This document shows positions 38,248 through 51,039 of a stretch of DNA of 64,000 nt, in pieces. The stretch comes from Cycas panzhihuaensis. Lineage: Eukaryota > Plantae > Cycadophyta. How positions within the stretch are numbered: position 1 is the stretch's first letter; every line of letters starts with the position of its first letter. Under the pieces are notes generated by a model. It made no database searches and had not been told where the DNA came from. It saw nothing but the letters and a program-made list of their open reading frames with translations. The position numbers and the translations under genes were made by a program. The stretch covers positions 90,093,741 to 90,157,740 of the forward strand of contig CM041465.1 in the NCBI GenBank assembly GCA_023213395.1. The letters run 5' to 3'.

Positions 38248-41200
38248 ATTCGGGAACATGAAATCATACACTGATGTTCTCATACGCAGGATCTTTAACC
38301 ATACACAGTAAGCAACAAATTGAAAATATAGAAAATAGATGCATAGTACACAGGTATTTACGTAGGAAATCCTTTCGGGAAAAAACCCACCACAAAGAGG
38401 ATCCTTAATGGATCACTTGATATTCCACAATGAATACAAGGATTTAAATACATAAGGCCTCAAGGCTTTTATACTCTCTAAGAGGTGTCACTCGATTAGG
38501 GTTGTGACCCTCTGAATAAATTGTACATTTTGGCTCACACCCTTTCACATAATTAAACCACATTAACATTAATTAAGTGGCTTAATAATTAACTACCATG
38601 TTAACATCCCCCATTAATATGAATATAGGGAACCTGCAATGTGCAGCAGTTGAGTTATCACCAAGGCTAGAACTATCCTGCAGCTTCTTTATCCTTGTCA
38701 ATACATCCCCCCTCAAGGATAACATTGGTGAGTCCTAATCTGGTATGCATCTTCGTGAAATAATCTTCGTTGAGTGGCTTGGTGAACACATCCACAAGTT
38801 GTAATTCACTCGAACAATAGTCGACCTGCAGTTTCCCTAACTTGATCTGCTCACGAATGTAATGGTGCCAAATCTTGATATTCTTTGTACACATATGAAA
38901 CTCTAGCTTCTTTGATAGACGAATGGTACTCTGATTATCAACAAAGAGAATCGGATGTACATTGGAAATACCAAGAAATTCTAAGAGACCTTGTAACCAT
39001 ACTACTTCTTTTGCACCAGCACTGAGTCCTTGATATTCTGCTTATGTAGAAGATAGTGCTACTGTCTACTACTTCTTTGACTGCCACGAAACAAATCCAT
39101 TGCCAATACTAAATAGGTATCCAGCAGTGGACTTTCGATCATTAGAATCTCCTCCCTAATCAACATCCATGTAGCCATGCAACCTGATCTTCTCACCTCT
39201 ATGGTATTCGAGATCATGATTTATTGTCCCCTTCAGATATTTCAGAATCTGCTTTGCTACTACTAAATGAGGCTCATGAGGATTCTGCATGTAGCAGGAA
39301 ACCAATCCAATAATATATGTAATATCTGGCCTGGTATGAGTCAAATAAATAAGACTCCCTACTAATTGGTGATATTTCATACCATCTACAGAAGGTTTGG
39401 CCATATCCTTATACAGACTTATGCCTTTTACACATGGTGTTGTAATAAGTTTGTAGTGATGCATCCCAAATCTCTCTAGTAAGTTCTTCACATACTACGA
39501 TTGCAACAACATGATCCTATCTTCCATCTGCCTGAGTTGAATACCCAATAAATAGTGAACTTTCCCAAGATCCACCATGCCAAATGAAGCTCCCAAATTG
39601 GGTTTGACTTTGGCTATAGCCTTGCCACGACTACCGTCGATGATTAGATCATCAACATAGACCGCATAAGTAACTACGGAAGTCCCTCTTCCTTTCACAT
39701 ACAGGTTCAGGTCAAGTTCTAAAATTTCAAAACCTTCAGCTTTCAACTTGGCATCCATCTTCTCATACTAAGCATGAGGTACTTGTTTTAGGCCATAGAT
39801 TAACTTTTTCAAACAGCAAACAAGATGCTCCTGGCCATCCTTAATGAATCCCAGAGGTTGCAATATGTATATCTCCTCCTTTAGATCCCCATTAAGGAAT
39901 GCAGACTTAACGTCCATCTAGTATAATTCCCAATCTAATACAGCTACTAAGGAAATGAGTAAGCGAATAGTTATCATTTTGGAGACTGGTGCAAACACCT
40001 CCTCATAGTCAATTCCTTCTTTCTGCTTGAATCCTTATGCAACAAGTATAGCCTTATACTTGTCTACCTCTCCATCGGAGCGAAACTTTATCTTATAGAC
40101 CCACTTGCATCCTACAAGATTCTTTGACGGAGGTAGTGGAACTAGATCCCATGTATCGTTCTTCATCAGAGAATCATATTCTTCCTCCATTGTAGCTCTC
40201 CATCGTGGATCTCCTTTCACTTCAACAAACGAATCAGGATCACTGGAGTCATTGGTGTCTACCAATAGATTTTGACTGGCATGCTAACTTTTGGTTCGTC
40301 TATCATCAGTTAAGAATTACATCACCACACCAAAATCTTCAAGAATTTTCCTTGCCTATAAAGGTATAGAAGGACCCGTTGCTGGAGGTACTTCTTATTG
40401 TAGTGGCTCCTCACTATTACTCATCCCACTTGGTCCTACTTCCTCAGGTGCTACAGTGATTAGCTCACCGTCATCTTCGCTTGAAGAATCTGGGAATGGG
40501 AGAATGGGAGGGTAAAAAGGTTCCCCTAATACCCTTTTAGCATGATACGTCAATGACTCATCAAATTTAACATCCTGACCTACTATAATCTTTTCCCCCT
40601 TATGAATCCCATAGTTTATAGGCTTTGTTCTCTGTGCAATACCCCATGAATATGCACTTAATACTATTTTGATCCAACTTCTTTCAAGTATCATCTGGGA
40701 TGTGGACATATGCAATACACCCAAACGTTCTCAAATAGCTAATGGTAGGCTTCCGACCAGTCCATTTCTCTTTAGGGGTCATGTTGTGAACTACCTGAGT
40801 GGGTACCTTGTTCAAAATATAAATAGCAGTTGCCACAGCTTCTACCCAAAACTTCGATGGCAAGTTTTTAACGTGTACCATACACCTCGCCATCTTTATC
40901 ATGGTACGGTTTTTTCTTTGAACAACTCTATTCTATTGTGTGGTATACGGGACTGTAAACTCCCGCTTTATACCATGGTTGCGGCAAAATTGATTGAACG
41001 ATTGATTATCGTACTCCTTGCCATTATCGCTTTGTAAAGTTTTTATTTTCTTATCACTTTCATTTTTAACCATCACTTTCCAATTACAGAAGTGATCAAA
41101 TACGTCTAACTTGTTCTTGAGAAAATAAACCCAGGCTTTCCTAGTGTAATCATCCACATACACAAGTGTATATCGGGCTCCTAATATCGAAGGGTTTGGG

Positions 41201-44200
41201 AGTGGTCACATAATATCTGAGTGCACAAGGTCCAGCTTCTCCTTGGCTCTCCAGACATTATCCTTAGCAAAAGGATAGCGGTGATGCTTGCCATACATAC
41301 ACTCTTCACATACACCATCTGAGCAAGAAACCAACGGCAGTCCTTCCACCATCTTCAACCTCCTCAGTAGTGCAATACTCTTGTAATTAAGATGCCTAAG
41401 GCGATTGTGACATAGTTTACTTTTGTCATCTGCGCTGGCAACAAACACATAGGACTTCTTCTGAGACTAAAATTTTTTAAACACCCAGAAGTTGTCCCTA
41501 ACTTTCCCGATAGCTATGACAGCAAAGTTCTGTTTTGGGTACTTTATCAAGCACTTATCATTATAGAGCTCCACTTTCATACCTTGTTTGTAGATCTCCC
41601 GAGAAGACAGAAGGTTCAACTGCATCTTGGATACATAATATATCCCAGAAAACTTGCCTCCCGCAATGGAAACTTCACCGTTACCATCTACCGACAACAC
41701 ATGAGCATCTCTAAGAACAATCTCAGTACCATTTTGATTTGCATTCAATGTATCAAAGTTTTGTATTTGGTAAGAGATGTATTTCTATGCTCCAAAATCC
41801 AATACCCAATAGTCTCTCTAATCTAACTCGGTTGACAAGGTATGCGCTTGGACACAATAGGTAGCAACACTCATTCCTTTATCATCTTGGTTACCTTTGT
41901 GTTTATCACGATGCTTGAACCAACAGTTCTTTTTGTGGTGACCATCCTTCTTGCAGTAATTGCACTTTCTATTAAACTTCTTCTTGTCTTGAGAGCTTTC
42001 TCCAAACCTTTGTGTGATTTTCTCCTCCTTAGGGGCCTCCTTTCTTTGAGTTTTTATGGCTAAGGCCTGACTTGAACCAAAACCTCCAAGCAATCCATGA
42101 TGTTTTAGCTTGGCATCCTCTACTAAAATTAGGTTTTTGAACCCATCAAAAGTTTCTACCTCCATCACTTCGTCTCTACCGTAAATGGTCTGGAATATGT
42201 CGAATGCAGCTGACAATTTTGACATGATTATCGCAAACAAGAGCGCATCATTGATCAAGTTCTGCTTTAACTCTTCTAGCTTGTTCTTCAAGTCGGTTAT
42301 TTTATTCAGGTAGGAGCTGATATTATTCTCATCTTTAACTTTTAAATTGAGTAGTTCTAACATCAGAGCAAGACACCTATTTGTCTTCTTCTTCTCAAAA
42401 GTATCACACAACTTCATCTAAATCTTGGCTAGGTCATCCAGATTGTGAACTAGAGCCCTCTGGTCTAGTGCCAGTGAGAGTTTCAGTGATCCAACGGCCA
42501 TGTGTTGCTTCTCTTCAAGTTTGATATGCTCCTTATGGTCAAGTGGGACTGAAATAAGCTTCGCCTTGGTGATTCCCCAGAGTTGGTTCACCATCAATAT
42601 AAGCTCCATATTAGCTTTTTATTCGCTGAAATTATTACCGTTAAAGATAACCTTAAGCATAAGCTTCTCCATCTCAAACAATAAGCTACAATATGAATCA
42701 CACGACACCAAAAGAATGTATTAAGGATGGAAATGCACCCTTCTGACCTCCTCTGCCTTACGAGCACACTTCCAAAGTGACCCAACACGAATTATACCCA
42801 CCTTAAGTAAGCCACCAACTGTTTATATCCCCTTATCCGTTAACAAACAACCTTAAATAGCCATTAAATGTCACAACTGACACTCACAATGGCTATAAAT
42901 ATGTGGTCCAGAATAAAGGATGGCTCCACACGGTGACAGTGCATGGTCTCCAAATCAGCAATCCACAAAAAATGCCTTAATACATGCTTAAAATGTGTCA
43001 AGGACACTTAAATACTAAGAGGGTTCTTCACATTATATAAATCTCCAAGTATCAATGGTCTAAGGGTATTTTTATAAAGTTGGATTATAAAGTGAATATA
43101 CCAAAAGGTATATTCTCGAAAGTCGTGACTTTTTAAAAGTCACATGCCTTTAGAACTTAACCCACGTGCTTAAAAATGAAAGATCAACAATTTTGAATAT
43201 CATTAAGTATCAAACATTAGTGAGTATCATCAAACAATATCTTCCAAGAGATACAAGAGATGATAAGAGGCGTGCGGCTACCATGATTCCTCCACATAGC
43301 CAATGAACTTCCAATAGACCAGCCATACAAGAACAAGGGCTACACACACCTTTACAGCTGGTAAATAGCCCAACCTTATTTTAGCAGTCCCTTAGAAATA
43401 CCCAGCCACCTTAAAATCTACGCTCAACCATGAGAAAGAGACGCCAAGACCAAAAATAACTGACTAACCAAGGTAATGAACACTTCACCAAAGTATTATC
43501 TAGTTGTATAGTGATTTACAGCTATACACAAGTCTCCACGCTACTCACAAACAGCCCAGAAATTACCCAACATAAGGACACGGGCTCAACAGGATGTATT
43601 CAGTGCGGATATAGGGTCACTTACCCACAGAAGGAGGTACTTCAACTCAAAATGACAGTGAATAAGCTTTATACTATTGTGTACTTCTCCTAATCTTAGT
43701 ATAGAGGACTGAAAACTGTCTAAAAAAGACTTCAATCTCTTTCTTATACTAACTTAATTAAGGCAACACAAGAAAAAGCTTTGATCTTTTTTTTTTTTAG
43801 TTTTATAGTGCTTTGAGTGGGAATACCCCAGACTTACTTGTATGGATAGATGGTTGTCCTTAATGTTGCTAAATCAACATTAGTATGTGTTCCATTCACT
43901 TGAATCACTTCAATAGATCATCAACTAGCTTCGAATGACCTCAACGAGCCAACTCCAATCACAAACGTGGTCTTCACGCCTGAATACTGACTCCAATAAC
44001 CCTTACACTCCATTAAATAGTGATCTCTACTACTCCAACAACCATTAATTTTTCTATGCCTACTTCTGTACGATGTTAGGGTTGATGGACCCTCAAGACT
44101 CATCTTAGGTCAAACTGCATCACCCGACAACCAATGATCCCACCGCCCTGCTCACCATCAAGCTTCAATTATGTAGGACCCTACTGCTCTAATACCATGT

Positions 44201-44557
44201 TCAGGAACATGAAATCATACACTGATGTTCCCATACATAGAATCTTTAACCATACACAACAAGCAACAAATTGAAAATATATAAAACAAATGCACAATAC
44301 ATAGGTATTTATGTGGGAAACCCTTTCGGGAAAAAACCCACCACAAAGAGGATCCTTGATGGATCACTTGATATTACACAATAAATACATGGATTTGAAT
44401 ATACAAGGCCTCAAGGCTTTTATACTGTCCAAGAGGTGTCAACTGATTAGGGTTGTGACCCTCTGAATAAATCACACCTTTTGGCTTGCACCCTTTCATA
44501 TAATTAAACCACATTAAGATTAATTAAGTGGCTTAATAATTAATTACCACGCTACCA
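38248..44557 (-). mobile_element. Ty1/copia element C, the best-preserved element (LTRs 38248-38606 and 44198-44557)
   Basis: TSD ctacc/ctact; reverse-complement PBS gctctaatacca 44186-44197; PPT 38607-38612; complete gag-PR-INT-RT-RH. Confidence 0.96.
38673..42672 (-). pseudogene. Copia C gag-pol polyprotein with in-frame stops and a few frameshifts
   Basis: CNYCKKDGHHKKNC knuckle; HNRLRH..CEEC integrase Zn site; YVDDYTRKAWVY; VYVDDLI (RT); QLVDVFTKPL (RH). Confidence 0.95.
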
Positions 44558-44562
44558 CTACT

Positions 44563-47500
44563 AATGCTTGATATTTAGCTTTCATTATAGATAATACTAA
44601 TGATTACATCTTCTTGATAGACCACGTAATCAGTGAAGAATCAAGAAAGAGGACATAACTAGTTATAGATTTTTTATCATTGGAGTCACTTGCCTAGTCT
44701 AAATCTATATATCCTTTCAACTTAAGGTTAGTATTACAAAAGTTATAGGTTAGATTATGATAAATCATACCTTGAAGATATCTTACAATTCATTTTGTTG
44801 CTTTTAAATGAGACTCATGAGGTTTTTACATGTACCTAGAACACAAGGTAATAACATAGCAGATATCTAGGTAAGTATAGGTTAAGTAAATAAAACTATC
44901 TATTAATTAATGATATAAAGTAGAATAACAAGGTGGAGATTGGTAATTAGTTATTAATTTCATACGTGATTATAGAGGAGTAGGGTTTAGCTTTGTATTT
45001 TTCATATTAAATCTTTTTATCAGGTCAATAATATATTTAGATTAAGAGATACTTATTTTTTATTCTGATTAATAAATTTGTAGGCCTAGAAAATAATGTA
45101 AAAGCCCTAAGTCTGTCATTTAAAATTTACTCATCAAAATTGATTTTTAACTAATGAATATGAGAAAGCAAAGACCAGTTATTATAATATTATCAATATA
45201 AAATATTAAAATGGTAATATTATTATTTTTCTCATTTGAAATAGAGGTTATGATTACTAATACATTTAGTGTATCCATTTTAAAGAAGATCATTATCGAT
45301 CTTAATATACCAAGCCCTAGGGGTTTGTTTAAGACCATACAATAATTTTTTAAGTTTGTAAATGAGATTAAAATTAGATATAAAACTAGGTAGTTGAGAT
45401 ATATATAATTCTTCTCTAAAATCATCATTTAAAAAGCTGCTTTTTACATCTATTTGATATATTTGCCAGCCAAACTTGGCTGTAAGAGTAATGATAGTTT
45501 TAATTGTGTTTATTTTGGAAACATGAGCAAAGGTTTCAATATAATTAATATCGTCAACTTAAGAAAAACCTTTGGCTACCAAACAAGCCTTATGTTTCTT
45601 GATTACTCCTTCTAAATTATATTTTGTTTGGTAAACCCATTTGCAGTCTATTAGATTCTTACTAGGAGGTCATGATACTAAATCCCAAGTTGAATTTTTC
45701 TAAAGAGTATCATATTCAACTTGCATGTCTTATTGCCATATAAGATTATGACACACTTCTTTATAAGTTTTAGGGTCATTAGTAACTATTACTTTGGCCA
45801 TTAATGTAAAATTAACTTATAGTTTTTGTGATCTAGTTCTTTTGGTATTTAACGGATCATTAGCATCAAAACTAGTAGCTGAAAGGGTTTTTTGAGCCTA
45901 AACTGGTTGTTTGTTTCTTGAAGAATCATAAGTAGAAGGTTGATCAGAAGAATTTAATTGATTAGAAGTAGATGGTTGATTAGATAGATCAGATATACTA
46001 AATTTACTTAAGGTCTAATTCTAGACTTGTGAAGATAAGTTATCAATTGCTTCACTGCCTGCTTGTATATCTGAAGGATCTTTTAGATAAGTATTATCTA
46101 GTAAGTTCTTAACAGGAAGTTCTATAAGATTTATTTTTTATGAAGATTCTTCTTCATCAAAAATAATATCACGTAAAATTGAGATTTTATGTGTAATAGG
46201 ATCTAATAATTTGTAAGCTTTACTTTCTTCACTATATCCAATGAGGATAAATTTAACACTTTAGGATTAGGTTTTATTTCATTTTTCCTTGGGAATATGT
46301 CCCCAAGTAATACTTCCAAATACTTTAAGATGTTTTACAGATAGTTTTTTACTAGACCATTTTTGTTCTAGTGTCACATTCTACAGGGATTTACTTGGTA
46401 AGAGGTTTAATAAATAGTTAGAACAGGCTATTACTTTAGCCTATAACTTAAGATTAAAACTTTTTACATGTATCATACATGTGGTCATTTCAACAGGAGT
46501 ACAATTCTTGCATTCTGTAACACCGTTCTATTAAGGAGTGTAGGGAACGAAATGTTGAAATTTAATTCCATGTTTTTTATAATATATATTAAATTTATTG
46601 CTTAGATACTCTTTAGCATTATCAGATCTAAAAATTTTAATTTTGGAGTTAGATTGGTTTTCCACCAATGTTTTAAATTTATCAAATATGTCTAATATTT
46701 GACTTCTAGCCTTAAGCATATATACCCAACATTTCCTAGAAAAGTCATCGATAAAAGTGATAAAATATTTGCTTCTAAAGTATAATGTTACTTGGAATAG
46801 ACCATAAATATCTGAGTGAATAAGTTTGAGTAGAATTTTTATTTGAAACAATGTTTGATGTAGAAAAGGATCCATGTATTGCTTACTTATTACACAAGTT
46901 TTGCAAACACCATAGATAATAGATAAGGGAGAGAGTCCATATATCATATCATATTTATTTGGCCAAACCAGGCATACCATAGCTTGTTGACTGGGTTAGA
47001 TTTAGCTATAAAGGTACTAAAAGATTTTGGTTTAGATTGATTTAGATCTGTTAAACTATACAGACCTGTTTTATGATCAACATGTTTAAGAGATTGTTTG
47101 ATAACAAATTTATCTTTCTAAAATTTGACAACTAGGTCTTTCTGGAAAATTTGATAGATTGATAAAAAATTAGGTAACAATACTGGAATATATAATACAT
47201 CCTTAATTAAACTATATTTTAAGGTGACATCTTACGTACCTTTGACCTTCATTTAATATCCACTTTTGAATGAGATTTCCTCTTTGAAATTAAGATCGGA
47301 TTAATAAGAAGTTAGATATTCTTGGTGATGCGCTAGAATCTAAAATCCATAATGGTGGTTGTAATATAGGTGCTAAAAGTGGTACACTAGGTAGCAGTTA
47401 AAGAATGATTAGAATTATGGGATTATGATTAGATCCCCTAAGAGGCTTTATAGGCTTCAGAAGCAATTCTATTTCTACAAGTATCAACTGTGTGCCCCTT

Positions 47501-48401
47501 TTTGTGACAGCAGGCATAACTAATGTTTTGATTAGGATTAGAGTTAAAAGTATTCCATTTTTGGAATGCTAGTTTAGAAGTATTCTAGCTTTTTAGTGGT
47601 TCAGAGTACTTAGAATTTTTATTATAGTTGTTTGAAAAAGAACCTTTATAAGGTTTTTGAGATTTAAGATCATTGTTGTGATGATTTTGATGATTATTTT
47701 AGTTTTTATATTTGTTTAGTGGCTTATATTTCAAAAAAAGAGCTTGTGAATGATCTTGTAGTTTTCCAATTTGTATTAACATTATTTGGTGTTTAATCAG
47801 TGGATTTGTTAATTGATTAAAAGTTATTAGAGGATATCATGTTTATTGCCTAATAGCTTTGAAAAGATTAAAGCATTTAGGAAGTTTATTAATTGTTAGA
47901 AAGATGAGTGTATCATCATCTTTTACACGTATGTTAACTATAACTTTGTTACTTTATTTTGTTAAAGATTTTATGCAATTTCTTAGATCTCTATTGATAA
48001 GTTGAAGTTTCGATAAGAAATCCTCAACTTTAGAGAAATCATCATAGCTTAAACTGTACATTTATTCCTCAAGCACTACTAGCTTTTGTGAGTCAACCTT
48101 ATCATATTTTTCTCTTAAGTATATTCCAAACAATGGCAAGATCATCTATTTTAGAGAACTCCCGACTTATGTCTGGTGAGAGAGAGGTTAGGATGGTGCC
48201 TAAGGCTCTATCATAATTCATTAGATAAACCATATAGGTTTCTGATGAAATGTCTATCAATTTTGCGAATTCTCCTGTGACATATCACTAAATCTTTTAT
48301 TGCTTTGGATGATGGGATATGCGAGCTTTCGAGTGAGCATAATTTGAGCTTGTTAAAACTAGAATTGAATAACAAGAGAATGTCCCAGACATGAGTGCCA
48401 T
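44563..48401 (-). pseudogene. Copia B gag-pol (degenerate; RNase H end continues at ~37930-38247)
   Basis: INT core in ORF 46531-46980; RT remnants at 45000-45700; RH reading YQALV|EAS across the C insertion. Confidence 0.88.
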
Positions 48402-50996
48402 TTTGGGAATGAAAGTGACGACTAGAGATCCTCTTTTAATGGAATGAAAATAAAATAATAAAGGAACAAACAGATAAAAACATAAATATTAAGCCACAAT
48501 TGAATATAATCACAACATTTACATTTCATAAATTAAAGAGAACTAACATTAGTTAAATATAAATAGATATTCATAAGTATTTGTAAGTGAATTATGTAGC
48601 ATGTCAATAAATGAGGAGGTTTAAAAAACCTTTTTCACATAACAATAATTGTCAATAAAAAAGTGTAATTTTAATCATATATTTCAAAAAGTAAATCAAA
48701 CATATAGACATTTGCATGATTAAAATATTATTTGTAATAAATAACATTGAAAAATAATAGTTAAATAATTTCTAAATAAATTGAATGAATTTATTAAAAA
48801 GTTATGAGAAAATGATGTGACTAATTAATCAAATTAACAAAAGATTGATTGTGTATTAAATTAAAGCAATAATATTAAAAAATTATAAAGAAAATTTTGG
48901 TTTTAAGTCACGTACCTAAACTTACCTAACCGTGATGGAAAGCTTGACTTTAGGCATGGTTTTTCTCATCAAGTTGGCATCCAAATTGCTTGAGTGACCA
49001 GTCAAAACGTCTGCATCTAAATCGAGAACCTGACACATATTTTGAAATTAGATTTTGACTCTATATGAAGAAATTATAGTCAAAAAATATACAAGTACCC
49101 ATTTGTAAAATAGGAGGGGTGAGAATAAGGATTAAATGCCTTTTTAGAACTTGGTTTGTTGTCACATGAAGGAGTAATAAAACCAGGGGCTGGTGGGACG
49201 AGGGCTAGTGGACCCAAAATAAAAGTTAACTAAAATATAATGTTTTTGCAAATACAAAAATATTAGATAAGATTTAATATTTTCTTATGTTTGTTTAGAT
49301 GTAAAATAAGAACAAATAGATTGAATTATTTAACCCTAAGTATAGGGTTTTGAATAGAATTTTTCGTGTGTAGGGGTTGCAGTGATAGATCGATCTACGT
49401 TTCTACTCATTTTTTTCATTAGTTGATGTTAGATCGATGACATGTTTTTTTCGGCATCTTCATCTGCATCTGCATGAAGAATTTGTCTCTGCGTCTGGGT
49501 ATTTACATCTTTCGCATTCTAGTGGGGTCAGAGAAAAAGAGTTACGATGACCTTTAGATCAATGGCATCTTCATGTAATGGTTAATAGATCAATAGAGGA
49601 TGCGGCATTACATGTGTAGGATTAACAAAAGACTGTGTGAGGATCTTCTATTCTATTTTCTTTATATTTGATGGTGTTTTCCATCAATCAATGGTGCCAT
49701 GTTTTCTAGTGTCTCCTCTACATCTACCCATTGGCAGCTGCATAAATCTTCTACGTTGGCTCTCTCGTTGGATCTTCTTAACTGGTTAGCTCATATAGAT
49801 AAAGCTGGTATTGTCTTGGGGAAGTTGAGTGGGTGCCATGCTTTAAGGTTAAGGTTGTTGCTGATTAATTCAATCACACCCCTGTGAGCTCATTTTCTAA
49901 CCCTAGAACTTGCTTACAAGGATTCAATCTCTATTATGGAAGCCTTATCCCAAATTGTTTTATCCTCTTTGATTTATTAATTTCAAAGATTAAGGCTGCT
50001 CCTTAGTACATCATACTTCTACTCTATACAACATTTCTTCATCACTTCTATAGTCAAGTGATTAGTATGAATCCCTACTCTGGTACCATGTTGGAGAGAG
50101 GGTTCAATTCATGGAGCAGTACACATAAGAAAATCATAAATTCTGTATGAATAAGTAGTCACAAATGCACTAGATATGACAGGTAGACAACTCCCTACTG
50201 GGGATTAAGAAAACCACCTCCTAAATAAGTAAATATTATTATAATAAAGAAGATGATACAATGGAGATGGTTGAGGATCTCATCCTCCCTATCGTACTTC
50301 ATGAACCTAATTAGACTATCTATCCTCTAAGTAATTCAACCTGAGCATGTATGGGCCAAATCTAACTAACCAACCAACCAACCAACCATGCTTGAAGGAT
50401 TTTTAAATAGATATTTAAGAGAAGTTTGTTGAAATAGATGCTTGTCCATTTCATTGAACTTTTAGTAACAACATTGACTTTAATAATTAAATAAATACAT
50501 AGGCAATAGTTAACATTAGGGTTAATAATATTTCTAATAATTTCAAAGTAGAAGGGAGAGTCTCTTGTGTAACAAAGTACTATCAAAATCTTATCAGTAC
50601 CTCTTGCTAGTGGTTTGTTTTTTATTTGAGTGGAATTGAAGTCTTCTTCTTTGAAGTTTATGAAGCCTATTGGAAGGATTGGGAATTCATCTTTGGCCCA
50701 AATGCTTCTTTATTCTCATATTCATCTCTCCACCCACCTATTAGGCCATCTTCCTTAAGTTTTCCATTAGTTTTTAAAATAATCTTCTCTCTTATAAGAC
50801 CTGAAATCAAGTTTTCTCTCTTTCACAATTCTTAAAGCATTTTTATAATATTTTAAATAAGGATATCACATTGATCTGAGGCTTACTACACTTATTTATC
50901 ATCAAGTTTAAAGTGTTTCTTTTGTAATTAAGTACTTGTTTTATTTGTTAGAGCGGTTTTATTTGCTTTAACACAGAAGAAAAAAGTAAAAAAAAC

Positions 50997-50999
<3 letters not shown>

Positions 51000-51031
<32 letters not shown>
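51000..51031. repeat. (GA)n microsatellite in the Tat 3' LTR
   Basis: Directly visible; absent at the homologous 5' LTR site (~13575-13590). Confidence 0.95.

Positions 51032-51039
<8 letters not shown>

Larger units (their letters stand above)
37386..50539 (-). mobile_element. Ty1/copia element B (LTRs 37386-37826 and 50089-50539)
   Basis: LTR pair; reverse-complement PBS actctggtacca 50077-50088; TSD atttt/atttc; gag, INT (ORF 46531-46980 LIHSDIYG..YFITFIDDFSRKCWVY), RT and RH on the minus strand. Confidence 0.93.
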
